Assembly: GCA_964349305.1 (NCBI GenBank)
Contig: CAYGFS010000003.1
Coordinates: 1-52,597, forward strand
DNA from: an uncultured Pseudomonadales bacterium
GTDB lineage: Bacteria; Patescibacteriota; Microgenomatia; UBA1400; UBA12108
DNA length: 52,597 bases
Direction of reading: 5' to 3'
Shown piece by piece: positions 38,642 to 46,107 of the stretch. The position numbers and the translations under genes are program-made. Within the stretch, counting starts at the first letter, position 1; each line of letters begins with the position of its first letter. The notes beneath the pieces were generated by a model. It was not told where the DNA came from. It made no database searches and saw nothing but the letters and a program-made list of their open reading frames with translations.

Positions 38642-38956
38642 TTATTGGTTCTTTAATATCGTACCAAGAACACCGTTGATAAAGCTAGCGGAGTTTTCGG
38701 CACCGTACTTTTTGGCGATTTCGACGGCTTCGTCGATCACGACTTTGGGAGGGGTATCGCTATACATGAGTTCATCAGTGGCTACGCGGAGGATGGCCAG
38801 GTCAATTTTGTTGATACTCCCCAGTGGCCACTCGGGGGCGGCCGTTGCGATAAATTCATCGACTTTGGTGGTAAAACCAGGAATAAAGCTCGAACCAAAA
38901 AGTTTGGCGACTTTTAACTCGCGTTTTTTGTGTCTCGGGTCAGTTGATGTTTTCAT
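38642..38956 (-). CDS. nusB: NusB-like antitermination protein (short)
   Basis: 104 aa with ..[31 protein letters not shown]...SFINGVLG. Confidence 0.7.
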   Translation of the reverse strand: MKTSTDPRHKKRELKVAKLFGSSFIPGFTTKVDEFIATAAPEWPLGSINKIDLAILRVATDELMYSDTPPKVVIDEAVEIAKKYGAENSASFINGVLGTILKNQ

Positions 38957-39106
38957 TTATTGATTACAGTTGGTGCAGACTGTGTGGGACTTTTTCATCT
39001 GGCCACAGTTGGTACATTTGACCAGCTTGGGGAGAGCCAATTTGATACTGGCGCGTCTCTTACCTTGTCTAGCGGTGGACCATTTGCGTTTTGGTAGCGG
39101 TGTCAT
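38957..39106 (-). CDS. rpmF: 50S ribosomal protein L32
   Basis: Not in the ORF track (49 aa). Reads MTPLPKRKWSTARQGKRRASIKLALPKLVKCTNCGQMKKSHTVCTNCNQ, with two CxxC pairs. Its ATGA overlaps the recG stop. Confidence 0.85.
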   Translation of the reverse strand: MTPLPKRKWSTARQGKRRASIKLALPKLVKCTNCGQMKKSHTVCTNCNQ

Positions 39107-41043
39107 ACAGGGTGTATTCTAACAGCTTCGAAGCTGGCCCGCAATAACTCTGTATCATAGATGGAGGCGAAGCGCAGAGAGAAGAAGCCGTGCTGCGATT
39201 GTCCAAATAGCTCACCCGGTCCGCGATTGTCCAGATCATAGAGGGCCAATTTTTCTCCGTTTATTTCGTTTTTGAAGTAGGTGAGACGTTCTATAATTTT
39301 TGAAGAGTTTGATGAGGAGAACAAGAGACAATAACCCTGAGTCGATCCTCTCCCTACCCTACCCCGCAGCTGGTGGAGCTGTGCCAATCCAAACCGCTGT
39401 GCATCTTCGATAATCATGATGTTGGCTGCGGGTATATCAATCCCGACCTCCACCATGGAGGTGGCCACCAGGATTTGGGTGAGACCATCGCGAAATGCTT
39501 GGAGGTGCTGGGTTTTTTCAGTTTCTAACATGCGCCCGTGCATAATGTCGATAATCAGACTGGGAAAACGGGTTTTGAGATCTGACTCGAGCAGTTTGAG
39601 GGATTTTTGTGCGTTACCTTCATTATCTTCGGCTTCTTCGATCAGGGGGACAACCACAAAAACCTGATTGTGATTGGATACTACTTCGGACTTGATCCAG
39701 TCATAGGCCCTATCTCGCTTTTCTTCTCCCACTAAGTAAGTTTTAATCGGGAGTCGGTTTTTGGGTAACTCGTCCAGTCGTGAGATATCCATACTGGAGA
39801 AGATCGTCATGGCGAGGGTACGAGGGATAGGAGTGGCGGTCATCATGAGGACGTGGGGGGCAGGAGTGAGGGAGCTCAAGTATTCTCTTTGTTTGACACC
39901 AAATTTGTGCTGTTCGTCGACGACGACGAGACCAACGCTACCAAATTTTAATTTAGTAGAGAGTAGAGCCTGAGTACCCACTACGAGGTTGGCGGCCGTG
40001 TCGCCTTTGACACCAGCGGTCACAAGGGAGACTGTCAGCTGGCCACCGAGCAAGCTTTGGAAGGAAGCGTGGAGTTGCTCGGCTAAGATTTGGGTCGGTG
40101 CCATGACGAGGGTTTGGTGGTCAGAGAGATAAGTGGCGAGCGCAGCAGCAGCAGCAACTAAGGTCTTGCCGGACCCCACCTCGCCTGCCAGGAGGCGGTG
40201 CATGGCGATGGGTTGACAGAGATCGCCCAAAATCTCCCCGATCACTCGAGTTTGAGCACCTGTGGGAGTATAGGGTAGATTGGTAAGCCAGTTTTGCAGT
40301 TTAGCAGTGTCCCAGTGGAGCGGGGTGGTTTTGACTTTACGTAGTTCGGAGCTCTCTAAGCTCTCGAGCTGGAGAGTATAGAGCTCGTCAAAAGCCAGGC
40401 GACGGATGGCGGCATCAAGATCCGGACCTTCAAAGCCAGGCCTTGAAGGGTTGTGGATGGTGCGGATGGCCGTGTCGAGGTCAATGAGTTGGTGGGTTTG
40501 GCGAATCTTTATATCTAGGGGATCGGGGATGGGAGGAGTGACAGCTAACGCGGCAGCGATAATTTTACGTAAAACTCCTGATTTGAGAGTGCCGAGGCTG
40601 GGATAAATGGGCATGAGTTCATCCTGACTTTCAAAATCCGGTGCAATTTTGGTCAGTGAGGGTGAGACGACTTGTCTGGTATTTCCAAAAATTGTGAGTT
40701 GGCCACGCACTAGATAGGTGTCGGTCGGTGAGACTGAACGGGTGATATAGGGCATGTTGAACCAGCGCAGCGTGAGCGATCCACCTCCCCTTTCGGGAGT
40801 CTCCCGAAAGGTGGAGACTTGAGAAGTGACGTGGGCCCCGTGTTTGCTGATGGGGCGGGCGAGTGTTCCGACCAGGCTAACCCACTCCCCTACCTGTGCC
40901 TCGCGGGCGGTGGTAGCATGATAGGTTCGGTACGTGCGGGGGAAGTAGGTGAGGAGGTCGTGCGGCGTGGCAATTCCGTGTTTTTCCAGCAAGCTGAGGG
41001 TTTTTTCACCTATACCAGATATTGAAGCTAGAGTATTTGACAT
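39103..41043 (-). CDS. recG: ATP-dependent DNA helicase RecG
   Basis: 646 aa. N-terminal wedge/OB region, helicase motif I GEVGSGKT, motif II DEQH, and QLHQLRGRVGRG. Confidence 0.93.
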   Translation of the reverse strand: MSNTLASISGIGEKTLSLLEKHGIATPHDLLTYFPRTYRTYHATTAREAQVGEWVSLVGTLARPISKHGAHVTSQVSTFRETPERGGGSLTLRWFNMPYITRSVSPTDTYLVRGQLTIFGNTRQVVSPSLTKIAPDFESQDELMPIYPSLGTLKSGVLRKIIAAALAVTPPIPDPLDIKIRQTHQLIDLDTAIRTIHNPSRPGFEGPDLDAAIRRLAFDELYTLQLESLESSELRKVKTTPLHWDTAKLQNWLTNLPYTPTGAQTRVIGEILGDLCQPIAMHRLLAGEVGSGKTLVAAAAALATYLSDHQTLVMAPTQILAEQLHASFQSLLGGQLTVSLVTAGVKGDTAANLVVGTQALLSTKLKFGSVGLVVVDEQHKFGVKQREYLSSLTPAPHVLMMTATPIPRTLAMTIFSSMDISRLDELPKNRLPIKTYLVGEEKRDRAYDWIKSEVVSNHNQVFVVVPLIEEAEDNEGNAQKSLKLLESDLKTRFPSLIIDIMHGRMLETEKTQHLQAFRDGLTQILVATSMVEVGIDIPAANIMIIEDAQRFGLAQLHQLRGRVGRGSTQGYCLLFSSSNSSKIIERLTYFKNEINGEKLALYDLDNRGPGELFGQSQHGFFSLRFASIYDTELLRASFEAVRIHPV

Positions 41044-41108
41044 ATTTGGTCATTTGTTAGATCATATAGGTGGTCGCAAGGCAACTTGCGCCCATCGAAA
41101 GTAAGGTC

Positions 41109-41891
41109 TTATGAGTAAAATCTAAGGTCTTTTTTCGTTTTTTCGGGAAAATACTTAAGTCCTACTCCATCTATTTTTGAGTTGTAAGTAATAAATTTGT
41201 TCGTACAAATTTCGTCGTACCGCCAATATTCACCTGGTTTTTTATCATACTCAAACATGTGATAGATAGGGTAGCAGTATAAATCTGCGATTTGAATTCC
41301 AATCGTTTTATCAGACTGGGAGAATAGGAGCTTCTCGATGATCAGAGGGCACTGATGCCAAATTCCATTATTGTTCCAACGCATTTTGTCATGTAAATCT
41401 GATAGTTCGTTGCCTAAAAAGTGCTTTTCTACCTGACCTTCTCGTGGGTCGATAATACAAATACCTAGTTGTTTAACTTGCTCGAGATATTTTTGGAATC
41501 TTTCCAGTAGAAACATATAGGCAACTTCGTATGGATTTTGGGAAGGATATTGTTGCCAGTAATCATGTTTATTTATCGCTACGGATATTATTTTTACAGG
41601 AATGGTTTGTAAAAAACCTGTGATTTGATCTTCTAGTTCGTTATATTTCTGTCTATCGTGTAGCTTGAGTGGTGAGTCAAATGCGATATCGGGGTTGGCA
41701 TATCGTAAAAAATTTGATTTAATCTCTATTTCTGGTTTTTGATAATAATTGAATTTGATATCACGGAATTGTTGCTCTATGGCGTGTACATCTGATTCGT
41801 CAATAATACATCCAGTGATAACCAAATGATTTTTACCGTTTTGAGAGAGTGATATAGTATCACCAGATTCATCAATATACATTAGGTGCAT
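41109..41891 (-). CDS. DUF3800-family protein
   Basis: N-terminal YIDESGD and C-terminal IQIADL are the two hallmark DUF3800 motifs. The gene is markedly AT-rich compared with its neighbours. TACAAT lies 6 nt before the ATG. Confidence 0.75.
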   Translation of the reverse strand: MHLMYIDESGDTISLSQNGKNHLVITGCIIDESDVHAIEQQFRDIKFNYYQKPEIEIKSNFLRYANPDIAFDSPLKLHDRQKYNELEDQITGFLQTIPVKIISVAINKHDYWQQYPSQNPYEVAYMFLLERFQKYLEQVKQLGICIIDPREGQVEKHFLGNELSDLHDKMRWNNNGIWHQCPLIIEKLLFSQSDKTIGIQIADLYCYPIYHMFEYDKKPGEYWRYDEICTNKFITYNSKIDGVGLKYFPEKTKKDLRFYS

Positions 41892-41913
41892 GAAGAAATT
41901 GTAGCAGGTTTAT

Positions 41914-42015
41914 TTAGCGGATGAAAAATGGCGCGAACGACGTGGCGAGGAGCGCTAGGGTGGCGATAGCTGTGATGACGGTCCAGACCTTGCGCTGGCG
42001 TTTAGTCAGTGACAT
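41914..42015 (-). CDS. possible 33-aa hydrophobic peptide
   Basis: MSLTKRQRKVWTVITAIATLALLATSFAPFFIR. It overlaps the tyrS 3' end by 14 nt. No RBS was seen, so this is speculative. Confidence 0.2.
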   Translation of the reverse strand: MSLTKRQRKVWTVITAIATLALLATSFAPFFIR

Positions 42016-43162
42016 AGATTATTTTCCTAAATGTGCGTTTACCAAACTTTAGTGTACTCCCAGTGACTGGAGTTGTGGGGTCCTCGACGCGAACGCCGTC
42101 GATTTCTACCCCGCCCTGCTCGAGGGTGCGTTTAATGTCAGAGTTGCTGACGCCAAGATCGGCTGATTTAAGGGCTTCAAGGATGGGTGTTCCCTCTTTA
42201 ACACTCAGTTCGGGAGTAGTGTCTGGGGCGGTTTTGGTTTGGACAAAATCGTCGTAATACTTTTGTCCATTAGTCGCACCCGTGTCGCCGTGGAGCTGGC
42301 GAGTGATGTCGTAGGCCAAGCGCTTTTTGTTTTCGATAGGTTTGCTGGTGTCGAGGGATTTAATTTCGTCCATGGGGATATCGGTGAGTAATTCGTAGTA
42401 AGTAGTAATCATGCTGTCAGCCATAGCCATGATTTTGGGGTACATAACTTCGGGTTTGTCAGTGAGCCAAATGCAGTTGCCCATGGATTTGCTCATTTGT
42501 TTGCCGTCGGTACCGTTGATCATGGGAGTGGTGAGAACGAACTTTTCGCGGCCACTCATTTTCTTTTGGAGTTCCCGACCGATGAGCATATTAAACTCTT
42601 GGTCGGTGCCACCAATCTCGAGATCGACGTCCATGACGACCGAGTCGTAGCCTTGGAGGAGTGGGTACATGGTTTCGTGGTACCAAACGACGTCGCCCTT
42701 AGCGATCCGCCGAGTAAAACTCTCGCGCTTGAAAAGCTGGGTAGCACTGATGTTAGAGCCAATTTTAATAATGTCTTTTAGAGTAAGTTTGGTGAGCCAG
42801 TCACCATTTTGCCTAATCTTGATGAGATCAAAATCGACAATTTTACTGACCTGTTCTTTCCAGGTTTGGATATTGGCGTCAATTTCCTCCTGGGTAATTA
42901 GCTTGCGACCAGTGTCACGCTCGGAGGGGTCGCCAGCCAGGACGGTACCAGTGCCGAAGAGGAAAATGACTTCGTGACCTGCGCGGGCAAAGTCCATGAG
43001 CTTGCGGAAGCCAATAGTGTGGCCGAGGTGGAGATCTTTGAAGGTGGGATCAAATCCCTGGTAGAGACGGATTTTTTTGCCTGCAATGAGTTTTTCGAGA
43101 CCCTCTTTGGTAGGGAGAATTTTGGCTACACGACGAGTAAGTAAATCATTGTTTGTTTTCAT
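42002..43162 (-). CDS. tyrS: tyrosyl-tRNA synthetase
   Basis: HIGH motif (HLGH), KMSKS-like motif (KQMSKS), and a C-terminal S4 domain. The ATG at 43162 is preferred over the TTG at 43183 because AGGAG lies 5 nt upstream. Confidence 0.92.
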   Translation of the reverse strand: MKTNNDLLTRRVAKILPTKEGLEKLIAGKKIRLYQGFDPTFKDLHLGHTIGFRKLMDFARAGHEVIFLFGTGTVLAGDPSERDTGRKLITQEEIDANIQTWKEQVSKIVDFDLIKIRQNGDWLTKLTLKDIIKIGSNISATQLFKRESFTRRIAKGDVVWYHETMYPLLQGYDSVVMDVDLEIGGTDQEFNMLIGRELQKKMSGREKFVLTTPMINGTDGKQMSKSMGNCIWLTDKPEVMYPKIMAMADSMITTYYELLTDIPMDEIKSLDTSKPIENKKRLAYDITRQLHGDTGATNGQKYYDDFVQTKTAPDTTPELSVKEGTPILEALKSADLGVSNSDIKRTLEQGGVEIDGVRVEDPTTPVTGSTLKFGKRTFRKIIYVTD

Positions 43163-43179
43163 AAGACTCCTGTATTGTA

Positions 43180-44238
43180 TCAAATATTTTTAATCCAGTG
43201 ATCGAGCACTACTCGTACCCTCTCAATGCTATTAAGACTCACCCACTCGCCTTCTGCATGGAGGTTCTTCCCTCTGGGTCCAAAAACTATGGCTGGAATG
43301 CCGAGCGCAGTACAATGCCTTGCGTCAGAGCTACCGTGTTCAAAGCCAGAAATCGGGTTAATGACATTATTTTTTAATGATTTCACAAAAGATTTGCGTA
43401 ATTTACTCTCTTTGGGACAATTAATAGTTGACTCTAGCTTGGCTACTTCAACTGTGCAATTTACAAATATTTTTTCAATATCAGAAATTATTTGCCTTGG
43501 ATTATCCTGTGGATTCCACCTGATATCACACCACAAAGAGCCATCGCCTGGTATCTGATTAATCGCTTCTCCACTATTTATCAGTGAGAAATTGAATGTC
43601 GTGATTCTTGTCTCTTTTAGGGGGCTCGGATTAGCTTCTCTAAATTTGGTAAGGTTAGATGTTAACAACTCTAGTGCACTTTTTCCCTCCCATGGGCGTG
43701 AACCATGACAAGCCGCGCCCGAGGCGGTGATTTTGATCTGAATAATACCTTTAGCTTGTACAATCATCTTTTCACCAGTTGGTTCGAGAAATATGCCACC
43801 TTTTAGATTTGACATCCGAGAAAGGATTGCCTTGGTAGATTCTCCACCTACTTCTTCATCAGCCACTAACATAAAGGTAATGTGTTTGGTTCTAGCAAAA
43901 TTATTCCATGCAGTAGTATTGGCAAGCATAATTGCACAGCTACTTTTGGTATCGGCGGATCCCCTACCCCAAACTTTGCCTCTCTCGATTCTGGGGATGA
44001 ATTGATTGGGATTCCCTGGGACTACGTCGAGATGAGAGTTAATTAGCCACTTAGTTTTATCTAGGTCAAGCTCTCCCCAGATCAGAATTGGCCGTTTTGC
44101 GACCATGATTGTCTTTGGCTTAACTCCTTGTTCTTCGAGAATATTTTTTGATATTTTAATTATTTCTGTACAAGTCTTACGATCATCAGTGATAGAGTGG
44201 ATGTGAATAAGTTGTTTTAAGATCTTTATTTTATTCAT
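43180..44238 (-). CDS. M20-family metallopeptidase/deacylase (ArgE/DapE-like)
   Basis: ..INSHLDVVPG.., GRGSADTKS, LVADEEVGG, and GSSDARH. The ATG at 44238 has AAGGAG 7 nt upstream (track start 44274). Confidence 0.8.
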   Translation of the reverse strand: MNKIKILKQLIHIHSITDDRKTCTEIIKISKNILEEQGVKPKTIMVAKRPILIWGELDLDKTKWLINSHLDVVPGNPNQFIPRIERGKVWGRGSADTKSSCAIMLANTTAWNNFARTKHITFMLVADEEVGGESTKAILSRMSNLKGGIFLEPTGEKMIVQAKGIIQIKITASGAACHGSRPWEGKSALELLTSNLTKFREANPSPLKETRITTFNFSLINSGEAINQIPGDGSLWCDIRWNPQDNPRQIISDIEKIFVNCTVEVAKLESTINCPKESKLRKSFVKSLKNNVINPISGFEHGSSDARHCTALGIPAIVFGPRGKNLHAEGEWVSLNSIERVRVVLDHWIKNI

Positions 44239-44255
44239 ATAATATCTCCTTTTAT

Positions 44256-45296
44256 TTAGTATTCGCTTCCACAAAACCCACTATTAGGAAGCATGCTTTT
44301 TGGCTTTAGCGTATGAATAATTCGTTCAAACTCAGAACTGATTTCTTCAAGCTCTCTTTTCAATTTGAGTGGGACTATGTCGCTGATTTGACCAGGAGCC
44401 AGGAGTGCCCTATTACCATGGTTGTCCCACCCTGATCCAATTGATCCGATCAAAATTACTGGTTTGCCACTCTCTCCACTTACTCTATCGGTTCCACTTA
44501 TTACGACTTGTGGGTTGCTTGCAAACATGCCGATTAGTGGCATGTTTTGGTCAGTTGCTTCAACAACAAATAACGAGCTCCCAAGCCATCTTCTAGTTTC
44601 GTTGGTTAAGATAACGGCATCTTGCCCATCATCTGATGGGACGATTAGATTAAACGGTTTTTTCTGGATTATTTTCAGTCTGCGAATTTCACCTTTTGTT
44701 GACCTACCATTTAGAGCATCGCTAATTCTTCCTTTAATGGTAGAGTTGTCCTTGATGTCGCTTGATGCCAGAAGAAAAGGTTCATTCCTGAGTGGTTCCC
44801 CATGTGCAAATAGTGGTGCAATGGCGTGAGGAGTTAGTTCTAGTACTCCTAGACAGATTTTTTGAGTAGCTATCCCTGAAGGAATCCCTTCAAATTTATC
44901 TGCAGCACGAACTTCGGCTACTAAAGGGATATTCCCATGATTATCTATATGATGCAGAGCCGCAGATAACATGACTTGTTTACCTATGCCGTTACCTTGA
45001 TCTATCGATGCTCCACGGCCTAGTTCCCAGCTCCCATTTTGTTTGACAAGTGCTGCTGTTGCAACGAGTTTCCCATCTTTTGTAGCGAACCATGGTAGAA
45101 CTGAACCATCTCTAATGTCACTAATTAGTTTTTCCTCATTATTCGAGATTCCATGTTGAACATACATTTTTTCTAGCAGGTTAATCATTAGAGTGGCTGA
45201 TACACCAGGATCAAATCTATTTGGTGGAATAATTTTGACACCAGAACATTTATTTTCTGCGGCAGATAGGCTCGCTACTATTTTTTCTCGGTTCAT
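44256..45296 (-). CDS. GNAT-like acetyltransferase domain protein with unknown C-terminal domain
   Basis: The N-terminal half carries GNGIGKQVMLSAALHHID, which looks like a GNAT acetyl-CoA-binding (Q/R-x-x-G-x-G/A) motif. No family was recognised for the C-terminal ~170 aa. Confidence 0.5.
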   Translation of the reverse strand: MNREKIVASLSAAENKCSGVKIIPPNRFDPGVSATLMINLLEKMYVQHGISNNEEKLISDIRDGSVLPWFATKDGKLVATAALVKQNGSWELGRGASIDQGNGIGKQVMLSAALHHIDNHGNIPLVAEVRAADKFEGIPSGIATQKICLGVLELTPHAIAPLFAHGEPLRNEPFLLASSDIKDNSTIKGRISDALNGRSTKGEIRRLKIIQKKPFNLIVPSDDGQDAVILTNETRRWLGSSLFVVEATDQNMPLIGMFASNPQVVISGTDRVSGESGKPVILIGSIGSGWDNHGNRALLAPGQISDIVPLKLKRELEEISSEFERIIHTLKPKSMLPNSGFCGSEY

Positions 45297-45655
45297 ATTT
45301 TCCTTTTTTCAACAAATAAACCCCTGCCTACGCCCAAATTAGGAAAACCTAAATTAGGAATAGACAGGGGCCTGCAAGTGTAGCGATACCAACCCTGTGG
45401 TGTTATTTGGCTATAAAAAATCTCGCTCACGCGAGATCTGAAATAACCAAGGATAACCTTGTTTGTTCAGATGCTCTGTTTCTTTGTGACACATCTTAGT
45501 CTGATTACGGAGACAACCGTATCTGATTTTGTCAGATCTGCTTAGGAGAGTAAATTTCAATTAAAGTTTTGGATGTCTTGCAGCAAACGACATCTCTCTG
45601 ATTACCCACTTTAACTTACTAAGGCTCCTTCGACGCTTTCCTATTAACTTGTGGG
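45297..45655 (-). promoter_or_regulatory. long structured 5' leader of the GNAT-M20-tyrS operon (T-box-like Stem I motifs; possibly an sRNA)
   Basis: On the minus strand: AGUA (45620..45617), AGAGAG bulge (45599..45594), hairpin GAUGUC-GUUUGCUGCAA-GACAUC (45594..45572), then two terminator-like hairpins. Confidence 0.45.
45413..45439 (-). terminator. intrinsic terminator inside the leader
   Basis: The minus strand reads AUCUCGC-GUGA-GCGAGAU followed by UUUUUUAU. Confidence 0.7.
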
Positions 45656-45658
45656 GAG

Positions 45659-45688
45659 TTTATATCATGAAAGTATCGCGAGTGTCAA
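45659..45688 (-). promoter_or_regulatory. sigma70-type promoter
   Basis: The minus strand reads TTGACA, then 17-18 nt, then TGATATAAA (an extended -10). Confidence 0.6.
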
Positions 45689-45694
45689 TGCCTA

Positions 45695-46078
45695 CTATAG
45701 GCTAGTATGGCCGGCAAGGTGCGTATGAAGCAGAGTGTGATCAAGTTTGTGAGCTGATTTTTCGAGATCGTGAGTGGTTGTGGCTTTCATCCATTTATCC
45801 ATCTTTTTGTAAAATTGTTCTTTGGTGGGGAGGTGGGAAAATCGCTTAATCAGCTCTTCACGAAGATTAAGAATGTCCTGTTTGGTGGCCATGATTGAGT
45901 TAGTTTTTTTGATTGCGATATCTGTGAGTCGACTTAAAGCAATCTGATTATCTATTTTTGTTAGCCAGATATTTGCTTCATCTTGAACAATTTTTTTAAC
46001 ATCTTGTTTTGATGTAAAATTGTCATCGAGGTATTTGAATAGCGGAGTCCAATCCATTTTTTGAGGTAAAGTGGTCAT
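45695..46078 (-). CDS. hypothetical coiled-coil protein
   Basis: 127-aa ORF, helical and charged. No family recognised. Confidence 0.45.
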   Translation of the reverse strand: MTTLPQKMDWTPLFKYLDDNFTSKQDVKKIVQDEANIWLTKIDNQIALSRLTDIAIKKTNSIMATKQDILNLREELIKRFSHLPTKEQFYKKMDKWMKATTTHDLEKSAHKLDHTLLHTHLAGHTSL

Positions 46079-46107
46079 ATTTTGATTAAAGCATTATACT
46101 GTTGGGT

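Noticed and set aside
41071-41090. Hairpin CGCAAG-GCAA-CTTGCG between DUF3800 and recG as a terminator
   Set aside because: It has only a 6-bp stem and no U-tract on either strand. I noted it but do not call it.
39103-43182. Alternative genetic code (UGA recoding, as in some CPR lineages)
   Set aside because: TGA clearly terminates recG (an ATGA overlap with the rpmF start at 39103-39106) and the M20 gene (43180-43182). All housekeeping ORFs are intact under the standard code.
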